Assembly (NCBI GenBank): GCA_963829055.1
Contig: CAWHHI010000003.1
Span: 32,001 to 96,000 of the forward strand
Length of the DNA stretch: 64,000 bases
Direction: 5' to 3'
From: an uncultured Gemmatimonadaceae bacterium
Lineage (GTDB): Bacteria > Gemmatimonadota > Gemmatimonadetes > Gemmatimonadales > Gemmatimonadaceae
The notes under the pieces were generated by a model that saw nothing but the letters and a program-made list of their open reading frames with translations, ran no database searches and had not been told where the DNA came from. This document shows, one piece after another, positions 21,054 to 37,471 of this stretch. The position numbers and the translations under genes were made by a program. Positions within the stretch are counted from its first letter, which is position 1. Each line of letters opens with the position of its first letter.

Positions 21054-21969
21054 CTATTTGCTGAGGCTCGCCCACAGGTGGATCGTCGCGTACCCGCGCC
21101 ACGGGCGCCACGCCTCGGCGACATTCGAAGATGGCGCGTCGCTCGACACCAGCGGCGGCGAGCGCCTTGATGACGCCGAGGTCTGCGCCCGGAAACGCGT
21201 CGCGGTCGCCTAACGCGCGCATGCGAACGTACGACGCCGTCCATGGCCCGATGCCTGGCAATTGCTCGAGTGCGGCCTGGGCGTCGTCGGCCGAAGCGTG
21301 GCGAAGGCCCTCGAGGTCGAGAGCGCCGTCGGCGATCTGACGTGCCACGCCCGCCATTGTCGCAGCGCGCGCACGTGTGAGGCCGATGGAACGCAGTCGA
21401 TCCGGACCCGCGTCGGCAACGTCGGCAGGCGTGGGGAAGGCGAGGAACGAACCATTCCGCGGGCCGGGAGCGCGCAACGCGAACAGCTGAACCAGGCGAT
21501 CAGTGATGGTGCTCGCGCCGGCAACGCTCACCTGCTGTCCGAGGACGGCCCGCGCGAGACCTTCGAACGGATCGAGGAGTTGCGGCAGCCGAATCCCCGA
21601 TCGACGTCGTACGATGCCCGCGAGAATTGGGTCGCGTCGTGCAAGCCGACGAAAGCGCTCGAGATCGGCATCGAGGTCGAGCATGCGCCTAACGGCGGCC
21701 GCGAGCGTATCGGGGGCGAGCGTCGGACGCGACGTCACGATCAGCTCGCGCTCGCCGCGGAACCGAGCCGTCTCCGGGTCGACTGCGGCTTCGGCGATCG
21801 TGAGCATGACCGGCTTGCCGTTCAACCGTACGGACCGCCGGTACTCATTCCCGCCAACCGCCTCGAGCGAGGGCACGGTGCGCGCCGCGAGAAACCCGAG
21901 CACCCAGGCGAAGTCGAAATCGCGCGGGAGCGGAACGCGGACGCCGGCGTCTACGGAGTTGGGCATCAC
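21054..21969 (-). CDS. alkA: DNA-3-methyladenine glycosylase II (AlkA N-terminal + HhH-GPD); frameshift near the C-terminus
   Basis: DPFEGLARAVLGQQVSVA, LPGIGPWTASY, DAFPGADLG; the shifted frame gives AEAWRPWRGYATIHLW, then TAG at 21054-21056. Confidence 0.88.
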
Positions 21970-22012
21970 CGGAAATTATCAGGGGTGCACCGATGCGCGA
22001 CCCGATTCGCGC

Positions 22013-22123
22013 CATGTCATCCCGAGGAGCGCCCGCGACGAGGGATCTTGCTCGATGTCATCGTAGCCGGTCCAGCCACGAATACTTCACAGGAGATCCC
22101 TCGCTGCCGCTCGGGATGACATG
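22013..22123. repeat. Palindromic GTCATCCCGAG-type repeat element
   Basis: CATGTCATCCCGAG...CGAGGGATCT...AGATCCCTCG...CTCGGGATGACATG nested inverted repeats. Confidence 0.85.
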
Positions 22124-22165
22124 TTCCTCCTTCCTCGGGCCTCCTTCCTCCTTCCTCAGGCCCCG

Positions 22166-23296
22166 CTAGTACCTGCCGCCCGCCCCGCCACCGCCTGCAG
22201 ATCCTCCGCCGAAGCTGCTGCCGCCGCCACCTCCGCCACCGCCGCTCGACCCACCGGAGCCACCTGAGCTCTGCACGATTCGCGGGATCGTCCGCATGTA
22301 CGTTCGCGTCCACGCGCAGTTCCGACAGCGCTCGGTGATCTGCTGCTGCCCCGCACTCATTGTCGTGGCGGGGATCAGCGTACGCGACTGCGTCTCCAGC
22401 GTGCGCCGGTGGCACGACTTGCACATGGAGTAGCGGCTGAACCACGCCTTGTGCGGGATCGTGAGCGCGTACTGACAGGTCGGGCACACCCACACGTCGT
22501 AGTCGACGCTCTCGAGCTGCTCCTCCATCCGCTGCCCCGCGTCGAGGTGTGCGTCGTCCGCGCGCTCGTCGAGTCGAACCATGTTGCCATGGCCGTTCGG
22601 ACATTTCTTCGGCCGGCGACGACGGTAGCGCGCGGCGCCGGCAGCGCCTCCGAGAAGCGCGAGCCCCGATCCGATGGTGCCGAAGACGATCCCGGCTCGG
22701 CGCCCCACCTTTCGTCCTTCGCGAGGCTCCGCATCGCGCTCGACCGGCAGACCCTTGTTAGGCGGCGGGTTCGTCGTCGACATCGTCGAGCCACGCGCAT
22801 CCTTCTCCTCGCGCGCGATGGCCGCGATCGCCTCGACACCCGCGAGCATGCCGGCATCGAAGTCACCACGCCGGAACGCGGGGAAGATCGTCTGATCTCT
22901 CACGCGACCCACGCGCGAGTCCGGCAACACGCCCTCGAGCCCGTAGCCGACGCTCACCTGCACCGCGCGCTGCGTCGGCACCCAGAGGAAGACGATGCCG
23001 TTGTCCCGACCCTTCTGCCCCACGCCCCACATGCGATGCAACGCGAGCGCGACGTCGAACGGCTCGAAGCCCGACGTGGAGTCGATGGCGACGACGGTCA
23101 TCTCCGTCCCGGTCTCTCGACCGAGCGCCGACAGGAGCGCGTTCAGCGAGTCGACCGTGGCCGGCTTCAGATGGTGTGACGGATCGGCGACCCACGTGCC
23201 GCTCGCCGTTCGCGGATTGGGAACCCATCGCAGCCGCTCGGCCTGCGCCGGCGTGATCTGAACCAGCGCGAGTACCGCCAGCAGAAACGTCATCAT
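22166..23296 (-). CDS. TPM domain protein with transmembrane helix, CxxC Zn-ribbon motifs and Gly-rich tail
   Basis: WGVGQKGRDNG, VGYGLEGVLPD, CPNG/CPTC/CKSC/CRNC, FGGGSAGGGGAGGRY. Confidence 0.85.
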   Translation of the reverse strand: MMTFLLAVLALVQITPAQAERLRWVPNPRTASGTWVADPSHHLKPATVDSLNALLSALGRETGTEMTVVAIDSTSGFEPFDVALALHRMWGVGQKGRDNGIVFLWVPTQRAVQVSVGYGLEGVLPDSRVGRVRDQTIFPAFRRGDFDAGMLAGVEAIAAIAREEKDARGSTMSTTNPPPNKGLPVERDAEPREGRKVGRRAGIVFGTIGSGLALLGGAAGAARYRRRRPKKCPNGHGNMVRLDERADDAHLDAGQRMEEQLESVDYDVWVCPTCQYALTIPHKAWFSRYSMCKSCHRRTLETQSRTLIPATTMSAGQQQITERCRNCAWTRTYMRTIPRIVQSSGGSGGSSGGGGGGGGSSFGGGSAGGGGAGGRY

Positions 23297-23302
23297 GCGT
23301 GT

Positions 23303-25468
23303 CTACTTCCGCTCGCCGGGGTGGTAGCTGGTGGACGCGCTCGCGATCACCGCCTGCTTCGTCCACGGCATCGGCTTCATTCGGCCTCGCGCGTAGAGCG
23401 GCGCCTGGTCGAAGAAGTGCGGTGACGACGCGACCCCGCTCTGGCCGAACGTCACGACCGATCGCTGCCGGAGCGTCGGCGCGAACTCGACGACCGACAC
23501 GTAGGTGTTCCCGCTCGTACCGTAGATCTTCTTCGTTCCTGAGCTGCCCGCGTTGAACGCGAAGATGATACCTAACGCCGGCGGCCCGCCCGCGACCGCC
23601 AGACTGGGCTTCGCGTCGTCGAACGGCTCATGCCCACTCGTGCCGGGACGCTGGAGGCGATTCACGTCGCCCCACTTGACCTTCCACGTCCCGAAGTCGG
23701 CCTCGAATTCACGGCGCACGTCCACCAGCGCTACCAGTGCGGCACGGAGCGCCACGCTATCCGCCACGCCATCACGACCAATGGCGTTAGGCATCGACCG
23801 GAGTGCTCGCCCGAGCAGCTGATTCCACTCGAAGAATACCGTCATGCCCACCGAGGCTGTATCGCTCCGGCGATCCCAGCTCTGCAGCGCCTCCACGAGC
23901 GGCTGCGCCGCGACCGTGATCGAGTCGCGCCGCGAGAAGAACAGCGTCCGCTGCGGCAGGAACGTCTTTATCAGTGAGTCGGCGACGTACACGCGTCGAT
24001 CGAAGCCGGCCCTGGAGAGCTCCTCGAACGAGAACTTCCCTCCCGCGCGCAAGTGCTCTCTCATGATGCGCTGCGACGACTGCGCACGCGCGTTATACGG
24101 CTCGGGCGCCACGTACGCGGGCCAGCGCGTGCTATCCGGGTTCTCGCCATCGCCCGTCATGCGCCAGGGCGTCGAGTTCGTGTTGATCAGGTAGCCGCTC
24201 TTCGGGTTGAGACGCTGCGGCAACGAATCCAGTGACCAGTATCCAGCCCACTCGGTGCGCGGGTCACTGCCGTCGAGCGCCACCGCGGGATCGACGGCCG
24301 GCGCGCGCTTCGGAATCGCATTGCCATGGACGTAGAAGATGTTCCCCGCCACATCCGCGTACATCGTGTTCGAGCCCACGATCGTTCCTCGCGACATCGC
24401 CCGCTTCCACTCGGCGAACGTGCGCGCTTTCCCCATGAGGTACCGCTGCTCGAGCGCGCCGCCGTCCTCGCGAGCGAGCCGCACGGCCAGCGCCTGCCCG
24501 CCACGCGTGGCGACGATCGGCCCGTGATGCGTCTTCCGTAGCGTCAGGTACCGCGTCACGATGCCGCCGCTGGTCTTCACACGCACGCTGTCGCGCCACT
24601 CCGTCGCCATCCGGTACTCATCGCCATAGCGGTAGGCAAGCGGCCGCGCCACATCATCGAAGCGCTCGATGTAGACGTCGCGCGCGTCGGCGTAGTTGTT
24701 CGTGTGACTCCACCCGAGTCGGCCGTTGTGGCCCGTGCGCGGGATCGGGGTGCCGAGGATGGTGAAGCCGGAGAAGCGCCACCCTTCGCCACTCTCGATG
24801 TGCAGCTCATAGCGCTGGCCAGCACCGAAGAAGCCGACGTGCGGGTTGATGAACAGCATGGCGCGGCCCGTCGTCGTCTTCGACGGCGCGAGCGCCCACA
24901 TATTCGACCCTTCGTCGGGCTCCGGCGCCTGCCTCGCCTCCACGCGCTGCCAATCACGGAGGCGAATGCCGTCCAACACCGTGTTCGAGTCGATGCGCAC
25001 CGTCGCCAGGTCCACCGTCAACGCCCACCACGGCTCCCAGTGAGTCAGCAACCGTGGCGTGACCTCGGGATGCGTGGCGAGATACTCGTTCACGCCAGCC
25101 GCAAAGGCGTCGTAGATCGCTCGCATCGCTGGCGTTGCCTTGGCGTATGCGTCGCGCGATTTCCGCTCGACCTCGAACAATCGCGTCGCCACGTCACCCG
25201 CAACGGCGGTGTCCCCATATACTTCCGCGCGCCGGCCGAGGTCTTCGAGGTAGTCTTCCTCGAGCTGCCAGAAGTTGTCTTCCGCCTGAGCGTACATCAG
25301 GCCGAACACGACGCTGGCGTCGGTCGGGCCGTAGATGTGTGGCACCCCGAACTTGTCCCGGTGTATGGTGACCGTCTTCGCCACGCGGTCCCACTGATCG
25401 CGCTCGGCGGCGGAATACGGTGGGCTGGCGCTGGCCAGTTGTAACGCGAGCGCGAGAATCATAGACAT
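23303..25468 (-). CDS. Penicillin acylase family Ntn-hydrolase (peptidase S45)
   Basis: RDKFGVPHIYG, YAQAEDN, GSNMWAL (beta-subunit N-terminal Ser), INPH, GQSG..SSPHFFDQA. Confidence 0.9.
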   Translation of the reverse strand: MSMILALALQLASASPPYSAAERDQWDRVAKTVTIHRDKFGVPHIYGPTDASVVFGLMYAQAEDNFWQLEEDYLEDLGRRAEVYGDTAVAGDVATRLFEVERKSRDAYAKATPAMRAIYDAFAAGVNEYLATHPEVTPRLLTHWEPWWALTVDLATVRIDSNTVLDGIRLRDWQRVEARQAPEPDEGSNMWALAPSKTTTGRAMLFINPHVGFFGAGQRYELHIESGEGWRFSGFTILGTPIPRTGHNGRLGWSHTNNYADARDVYIERFDDVARPLAYRYGDEYRMATEWRDSVRVKTSGGIVTRYLTLRKTHHGPIVATRGGQALAVRLAREDGGALEQRYLMGKARTFAEWKRAMSRGTIVGSNTMYADVAGNIFYVHGNAIPKRAPAVDPAVALDGSDPRTEWAGYWSLDSLPQRLNPKSGYLINTNSTPWRMTGDGENPDSTRWPAYVAPEPYNARAQSSQRIMREHLRAGGKFSFEELSRAGFDRRVYVADSLIKTFLPQRTLFFSRRDSITVAAQPLVEALQSWDRRSDTASVGMTVFFEWNQLLGRALRSMPNAIGRDGVADSVALRAALVALVDVRREFEADFGTWKVKWGDVNRLQRPGTSGHEPFDDAKPSLAVAGGPPALGIIFAFNAGSSGTKKIYGTSGNTYVSVVEFAPTLRQRSVVTFGQSGVASSPHFFDQAPLYARGRMKPMPWTKQAVIASASTSYHPGERK

Positions 25469-25620
25469 GCGTCGGGCATGGGTCTCGTGTACGTGAGCGA
25501 AGCCGGAATGGTGTCCGGCAGGGCCGTCGTCGGGTACTGCCGTCCGGCTTCCCGCGGTGTGTGCGTCGCCGCATACTAAGGAAGCACAACTCATGGCCTG
25601 GTAACCCCTTCACGTAGCCG

Positions 25621-27081
25621 TTGCATGCGTGCTTCTATTGTCATCCGTATCACTTTTCGCTCGCCGGCATTGTCGCCGGCGTTGCGCCTCGTTCCCTGAC
25701 CGCTCAACAGGCCGGTCTTGCCGGCGTTGCCGGTAGCGTCACCGACAGCATCCACGGCGGTATTCCACTGCCGGGCGCCGTAGTGAAGATCAGCGGAACA
25801 ACTCGCCAGGGCACTACCGACGCTAACGGGCAGTTCCGGATCGACAGCATTCCGGTGGGCGATCACAGCCTGTCGCTGATCCATCCGCTACTCGACACGC
25901 TCGGTATCCAGATCAACACACGCGCGGTCCCGTTTCAGGCCGGCAACGTGCTCGCGGTCGAGCTGGCGGTTCCATCAGCACAGACCGTCCTCGAGCGCTC
26001 CTGTCCGGCTGCGTGGCGCGCGCGCGGACCATCGGCTCTCGTCGGCAAGGTTCTGGATGCTGACAACGACACGCCCCTTGTTGGCGCGAAGGTGACGTTG
26101 GTATGGCAGGAGCTGAGCCTCACTACCCTTCGAAAAGAGCCGCGTGTTCGTACACAGCCAGTTGGTCCCGATGGCACCTATCGAATCTGCGGCCTCCCTG
26201 GGGGTGTGAACGGTACCGTCCAGGGTGAGTTCAACGGCAGGAAGACGGCGGAAGTCCACGTGGTCATGGATGAGGCGAACCCTCTCGGGTTCCAGAGTCT
26301 GCGCATTGGAATGACCGCGGTCGCCGACGCACCGGTCGACACCACGCCTCGCGCGCCTGGGACAGTCGCCAAGGCCGATTCCGGACCGCCGAGACTGCGA
26401 GGGCCTGCCCGGCTGACCGGTCGTGTCGTGAACGCCGCCGGTGCGCCTATCGCGAACGCTCGCGTCGACGTCCAGGGAACCGGTGCCGCAACGCTGAGTC
26501 GGCAAGACGGGACGTTCGGCTTCACCGACCTGCCGAGCGGCACTCAGGCGCTCGTGGTCCGCCAGCTCGGATTCGAGCCGGTGGAAACGCCGGTCGAGCT
26601 CTCGGGACGCACGCCCAGGGAGGTGACCGTCACCATGTCCAAGCCAGCTCGCGTCCTCGAGACGGTCGCCGTGACAGCGGAGGCGTCGAAGGAAGGACTC
26701 GACCAGGTCGGATTCAACCGGCGGCAGAAGACCGGCTTCGGTTACTTCTTGAGCACGGAAGACATCGAGAAGCGCCAGGCAACGCGCATGACTGATCTCT
26801 TCCGCACGGTGCCGTCGTTGCGGGTCGTGCCGTCGGGGATGGACTACGTGGTCGAGAGCGGCCGGGACGTCCAGGGTGGCTGCGTCCGGTACGTCGTGGA
26901 CGGCGCGCCGTACAACGCGCTCTTCCCCGGTGACATCGATCGCCTGATGCCACCGAACGATGTCGCGGCGGTCGAGGTGTACGCCGGCTCGTCGACGCCC
27001 GCCGAGTTCCAGGCACCCGGCAACACATCGTGCACGACCATCGTGATGTGGAGCCGCTTCAAGGTGAAGAAGAACCGCTAG
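25621..27081 (+). CDS. Carboxypeptidase-regulatory-like domain protein with C-terminal TonB plug-like domain
   Basis: Repeated G.V.D...PL.GA.V modules; C-terminal DLFRTVPSL...CVRYVVDG...VAAVEVY...PAEF...CTTIVMW; start uncertain. Confidence 0.75.
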   Translation: MHACFYCHPYHFSLAGIVAGVAPRSLTAQQAGLAGVAGSVTDSIHGGIPLPGAVVKISGTTRQGTTDANGQFRIDSIPVGDHSLSLIHPLLDTLGIQINTRAVPFQAGNVLAVELAVPSAQTVLERSCPAAWRARGPSALVGKVLDADNDTPLVGAKVTLVWQELSLTTLRKEPRVRTQPVGPDGTYRICGLPGGVNGTVQGEFNGRKTAEVHVVMDEANPLGFQSLRIGMTAVADAPVDTTPRAPGTVAKADSGPPRLRGPARLTGRVVNAAGAPIANARVDVQGTGAATLSRQDGTFGFTDLPSGTQALVVRQLGFEPVETPVELSGRTPREVTVTMSKPARVLETVAVTAEASKEGLDQVGFNRRQKTGFGYFLSTEDIEKRQATRMTDLFRTVPSLRVVPSGMDYVVESGRDVQGGCVRYVVDGAPYNALFPGDIDRLMPPNDVAAVEVYAGSSTPAEFQAPGNTSCTTIVMWSRFKVKKNR

Positions 27082-28199
27082 CCGATTCGCTCGCCGAGGC
27101 GATGCGATCGCCGGTGGTCTGATCGAACCAGTGCACTTTCGTGGGCGCGATCCCGAGGGTCACGGTCGCGCCCACGTCCGGGAGCTGGCGCTCCAACACG
27201 CGCGCGGTGAGCGCATGTGACCCCGCCGTGGCATGAACGAGTGTCTCGTTCCCGAGCGGCTCGATGAGGTCGACCCGCGCGGGAACAGGCACGAAGGGGT
27301 CGGAAGCCTGCCGGGTGCCGATGACGCCGCCGTCACCGTGATATCCTCCGGACGAACACCCATCACGAGCTGGCGACCGGCGCGATCTGCGCAGCCAGTG
27401 CCCCGACCGGGATCACGAACGCGTCGCCGCGAGCGGTGAACGCCCTCCGGTCCGAGACCGTGCCCTCCACGAAGTTCATGGCTGGGCTGCCGATGAAACC
27501 GGCGACGAACCGATTGGCGGGACGGTCATAGAGCGCGAGCGGCGTGTCCACCTGCTGCACGCGTCCCGCGTTCATCACCACGATGCGGTCACCGAGCGTC
27601 ATGGCCTCGACCTGATCGTGCGTCACGTAGATCATCGTCGCGCCGAGGTCGCGGTGCAGCTTCGCGATCTCGCGCCGCGTCTGCACGCGGAGCTTCGCGT
27701 CGAGGTTCGATAGCGGCTCGTCGAACAGGAACACCGCTGGCTCGCGCACGATGGCGCGCCCCACCGCGACTCGCTGGCGCTGCCCGCCGGAGAGCTGCCG
27801 CGGCTTTCGGTCGAGCACCTCATCGAGTCCGAGCGTACTCGCGGCCAGCTGAACGCGCCGTTCGATCTCGGCCGCCGGCAGCTTCCGGAGCTGGAGCGCG
27901 AACGCCAGGTTCTCGCGCACCGTCATGTGCGGGTACAGCGCGTAGTTCTGAAACACCATCGCGATGTCGCGGTCCTTGGGCGGCACGTCGTTCACGAGCC
28001 TGTCGCCGATGAAGAGCCGGCCCGCGGTGATCGACTCGAGTCCGGCGATCATGCGCAGCGTCGTGCTCTTGCCGCACCCCGACGGGCCGACGAGCACCAC
28101 GAACTCGCCGTCGGCGACGACGAGGTCCACGCCGTGAACCGCCACGTGGCCGCCGTCTTGATATATTTTGCGCACGCCTTCGAGGCGGACGTTGGCCAT
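27059..28199 (-). CDS. Sugar ABC transporter ATP-binding protein (MalK/UgpC family); frameshifted in the C-terminal part
   Basis: [46 protein letters not shown]-terminal IEPLGNET in another frame. Confidence 0.9.
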
Positions 28200-28269
28200 T
28201 GGTCCCGATCGAAAATGGTTAGCGACAGCTCGCCGATCGTCGTTGCATTCCCGCCGTCACACCGCCGCC

Positions 28270-32894
<4,625 letters not shown>

Positions 32895-32898
<4 letters not shown>

Positions 32899-33745
32899 CC
32901 CTTGACGCTGCCCGCCATGACGCCCTGGATGTAGTAGCGCTGCAGGAACAGGAACACGAGCAGCACCGGCAGGATCGTGAGCACCGAGCCGGCCATCATC
33001 AGCTCGGTGTCCTGGACGTGCTCGCCGACGAGGTTCGCGAGCGCGACGGGCAGTGTGTAGTGCGACTCGTCGCTCAGCACGATCAGCGGCCACATGAAGT
33101 CGTTCCACGTCGCGAGGAACGTCCAGATCGCGAGCGTCGCGAGAATCGGAACGATTCCCGGCAACACGACCGATCGGTAAATCCGCATCTCCGACGCTCC
33201 GTCGATGCGCGCGGCGTCCAGCATGTCGTCGGGAATGCGATTGCGCGTACTGCCGGATGAGGAAGATGCCGAAGATGCTCGCCAACCCGGGAATGATCAC
33301 GCCCCCAGTAGCTGTTGATGAGCCCGAGTTGCTTCATGAGCAGGAAGAGCGGAAGCATCGCGACCTGCACCGGGCAGCACGAGCCCGGCGGCGAGCACTC
33401 GAAACAGTCCGATCGCGTCCACGAAAGCGCAGCTTGGCGAACGCGTAGCCGGCCATCGAGTTGACGGCGAGCGAGAGCAACGGTGACGACGAGCGAGATG
33501 AACGCGCTGTTCAGCAGATAGCGACCGAGGTTCAGCCGCGTGAACAGTGCCCCGTAGTGCTCGAACGTCACTCGGCTCGGCAGCACGCGCGGCGGGTACG
33601 TGCTCGCTTCACCCGTCGGCATCAGCGAGGCGGAGACCATCCAGAACAGTGGGAAGAGAGCGAGCAGCGCCCCGGACGATGAGCGCGACGTACAGCAGAA
33701 TCGCGTCGGACGCTGCGCCGGACTGCGGAACCGCGATCCGCTCAT
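32895..33745 (-). CDS. Carbohydrate ABC transporter permease (MalG-like; frameshifted)
   Basis: LDAARIDGAS, WNDFMWPLIV, TLPVAL, LQRYYIQG. Confidence 0.85.
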
Positions 33746-34652
33746 CACCGCTCTCCCTCTGCAAGTCGGAGCTGGACCAGCGTGGCGACGAGGATCACGA
33801 CGAACAGCACGAACGCGATCGCCGCCGCGTAGCCCATCCGCCACCAGCGGAAGCCTTCCTCGTACATCAGCAGCACCACGCTCGTCGTGCTTCTGCAGCG
33901 GGCCGCCCTGCGTCATCACGTACGGCTCGGCGAACAGCTGGAAGTAGCCGATCATCGTGATCACGCCGACGAAGAGCAGCGTCGGGCCGAGCATCGGCAA
34001 GCGTGACGCTGCGGAACGTGCGCCACGGACCCGCGCCGTCGATGTTCGCGGCGTCGTACAGCTCTTCCGGAATGCTCTGCAGGCCGGCGATGAAGATCAG
34101 CATGTTGTAGCCGAAGTTCTTCCACACCGCCATCAGGATGATCGCCGGCATCGCCCAGCGCGGGTCGCCGAGCCAGTCGACCGGCGCGACGCCGACGGCA
34201 CTCAGCGCGTAGTTGAGCAGGCCGTAGCGCGTGTGGTAGAGATAGCGCCACACGATCGCCACCGCGACGAGCGTCGTGACGAATGGCGTGAAGTAGATCG
34301 TCCGGAACAACGACTTCCATCGCACGAGCTTCGCGTTGAGCAGCAACGCCGCGCCGAGCGAGACGGCGATGGTGAGCGGGCCGCCGACGACCGCGAAGTA
34401 GAACGTGTTGCGAAGCGCCGACCAGAAGAGCGGCGTCTCGAGCAGCGTCGCGTAGTTGCGCAGCCCGACGAAGCGCGTGTTCGACGCCGACGCGACTGCG
34501 TAGATGTCGAAGTCGGTCACACTGAGCAGCAGCGCCGCGACAACGGGAAGGAAGAAGAAGACGCCGATGAGCACGAGCGCGGGCGCGACGAACAGCCACG
34601 CGGCCGACGTACCGTCGGCTGGCATGCGCACGCGTTTCGCGCTCGACGTCAC
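33743..34652 (-). CDS. Carbohydrate ABC transporter permease (MalF-like; frameshifted)
   Basis: WLFVAPAL, WKNFGYNMLIFIAGLQSIPEELYDAANIDGA, YVMTQGGP; 3' end approximate. Confidence 0.85.
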
Positions 34653-35981
34653 CGCGCCGTGCTCCGCGCCGGCTGTCCGCTCCGCTCGGCCATCCAGCGA
34701 CGCTTCTCGAGCAGGCCGTTCACATCACGATCGAGGGCGGTGAGCGTCGCGTCCACCGTCAGGCGGCCGCGGATGGCCTGTTCGCCGTACTCGTACACTT
34801 TGGTCGCGATCTGCTCCCACTCCGGCACCTGCGGGAGTGGCACGACGCGTTCGAGCTGATCGTGGAACGCACGCGCATAACGATTACCGGCGAGCGCGGG
34901 CTCGTTCCACGACCGCGCGGTGCGCCGGCAGGTCGCCCGTGAGCTCGTAGAAGCGCAGCTGCACATCGGGCCGCGACAGGTACTCGACGAGCTGCCAGCT
35001 CTCGGTCTTTCGCTTCGACCCGCGGAATACGACCAGACTCGCACCGCCCGCCATCGAGACGCCGAGCCCGTCGGGACCGGGCAACGGCGCGGTCATCCAC
35101 GTGCCCTGCGATTCGGCCGGCAGGCGGTTGGTGAACTCACCGATCTGCCACGGCCCGCTGATGTACATGGCAATGTTGCCGCGCGCGAACTCCTGATAGA
35201 GGTTGGAGATCTCGGTGCCGCTCACTTTCGGCGCGAGTCCGTCGTTGAACAGCCCGACGTAGAAGTCGAACGCCTTGCGAAAGCGCGGATCCGAGAACGC
35301 GCCGTAGTGGCCGTCGTCACGAAGCAGCGGCGCGCCCGTCTGGAGACCCGAGGATGACTGGCGGTGGCCACTCGTTCGTCGGGAGAAGGATCGGGTACTG
35401 TCGCGCGCCCATGCGCGCCTTGATGCGTACCATCGCCTCGCGCCACGCGGCCCACGTCGTGGGCATGCTGTCGTACCCAGCGGCACGCAGCAGGTCTGTC
35501 CGGTAGAACATCACGCGCGTGTCGACGTACCACGGAATACCGAACGTCGTATCGTCGACGACGTTCGTGCTCCAGATGCCCGGGAAGAAGTCGGCGCGCG
35601 CCAGTGACTTGGAACGCGGCGACCTGTGCGTCGAGCGGCTCGAGCGCGTCGAGCGCGACGAACTCCGGAACCCACGTGTTGCCGAGCATGCGCAATGTCC
35701 GGCGTCGCTTCGCCGACGAATGCCGTGAGCAGCTTCTCGTGCGCGGCCGTCCACGGGATCTGCTGCACGCGAACGTGCACGCCGGGATGCTCGCGCTCGA
35801 AGTCCGGGATGAGTTGCGCGACGACTTCGCCCTCGCGCCCCATGGCCCAGAGGCGAATGTCGTTGGTCTCCCGGCCAGATGCCGTGGTGCACGCAGCGCA
35901 TCGCGACAGCCAGCGAGCACCAGCGACGCATGCACGACCACGCGACGATCGCGTCGCGACTCGACAGGCCTCACTGCTCAA
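34649..35981 (-). CDS. Sugar ABC transporter substrate-binding protein (frameshifted)
   Basis: WAMGREGE, QQIPWTAAHEKLLTAF, GNTWVPEF, IPWYVDTR, YISGPW, SMAGGASL; start approximate. Confidence 0.8.
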
Positions 35982-37471
35982 GCCAACCTCCGGTGAAGCC
36001 CGGCCCGCTTCAGTCCGCCCTCGATGTACGGGTTCGTTCGCATCACACGCCAGACGAGGCCCGAGCGGTGATTCTCGACCATCGCGATGATCGGGCCCTG
36101 ATCGATGCCGAGGTAGTCCGATGTCGAACCAGCGCGACGCCGGGGACGACTCGACCAGCTTGCGGCGTTAGGCCGGAGCGCGGAAACGTCGGCGTTGAAC
36201 GCATCGAGAAAGCCGTATTTCGTGAACAGATTGTCGCCGTACTTCTCGCGCATGGCGATCAGCGCCGGAATCGCGATCTCCGGCGCGAAGGCAACGGAGC
36301 CGCCAGCGGCCGTCGGTGCAATCGTGCCGTCGTCGCGAATCTCGCCCCACGCCGCGCCGCGCGCCGCGTAGGTGTAGAACACGCGCGGAATACCGTCGAT
36401 GGTGATGGGGCCATCGCGCGGTCCGTCAGACGCCGTGAGTCCCCACTCGTTCGCCCCGTACCCCGCCCATCGGTACGGATTGTCGATCGCGTACAGCGCG
36501 TTGCGAGATCGTGGCGCGCCGCGAGTTCTCGAAGTAGTCGATGCCCTTGCCGCGCATGTAGGCATCGCGGATGCCGCGGAAGTCCACCCACGTGTGCGAG
36601 TACTGATGGCCGAACAGCGGCGCGAAGTTCACGTGCTGCTGCCCGTAGAAATCCTGCCAGCGGTAGTTCTTCGTCCACTCCTCCCACGCCGCCGGCTCGA
36701 GCGCGTGCGTCGGCGAGCCGAACGCGAGGATGTAGACGATCATCGCCTCGTCGTAGCCGCGCCAGTCGAATGGCAGGAAACCTTCCTCCGGCTTCCAGCC
36801 CATGTTGACGGCTGGTGGACGATTGCGCGGCCACGTCCATTCCACTCGGCGATACAGCGAGTCGGCGTACGCCCGCACGGACCGTTCGACCTGGCGTCGT
36901 GTCGGCGAAGTACGACTGACAGAACAGCGCGCCGGCCAGTAGCAGCGACGTGTCGATCGTGGAGAGCTCGACCTTCTCGAAGCGATGGCCCGTTCTCGAA
37001 GTCGAGGAAGTGGTAGAAGAATCCCTTGTAGCCGGCGACGCCGGTGGCCGCTTCGCCCTGCGGCAGCTGCCAGAGAAAGCGGAGCGTCGTGAGCGTGCGC
37101 TCGGCGGCGGCCGTTCGCGTCACGTACCCGCGCTCGACGCCGATGGGATACGCCGTGAGCGCGAAGCCGATGGCCGCGACGCTCGAGAACGTGCGACTGG
37201 GCCACCGGTCCGGCGTTAGGCCCGTGCGGGCATCGGTGTTGTCCCAGAACCACTGGAACGTGCGCTGCTGGAGCGTGTCGAGAAACGCGTCTTGCCGACG
37301 CGCATCGATGCGCGTCGGCTCCGGAGCGGTAGTCGGTGGCCGGTGGGTTACACGCGACGACGCCGGTCCCGAGGAGCGTCGTCGCACCCGCGACGCGGAC
37401 CAACCGGGCGACGCGCGATCAGCTGCGTCGCCCGGTCGAACTCGCCGTGCTTCGACACCCCTCGCGATCAT
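35978..37471 (-). CDS. Glucoamylase-like (DUF3131/GH144-type) protein, putative beta-1,2-glucanase (frameshifted)
   Basis: TGLTPDRWPS..SSVAAIGFALT, GYKGFFYHFLD, WRGYDEAM, PLFGHQYSH, WGLTASDGP, DDGTIAPTA, YGFLDAFN, LGIDQGP. Confidence 0.8.
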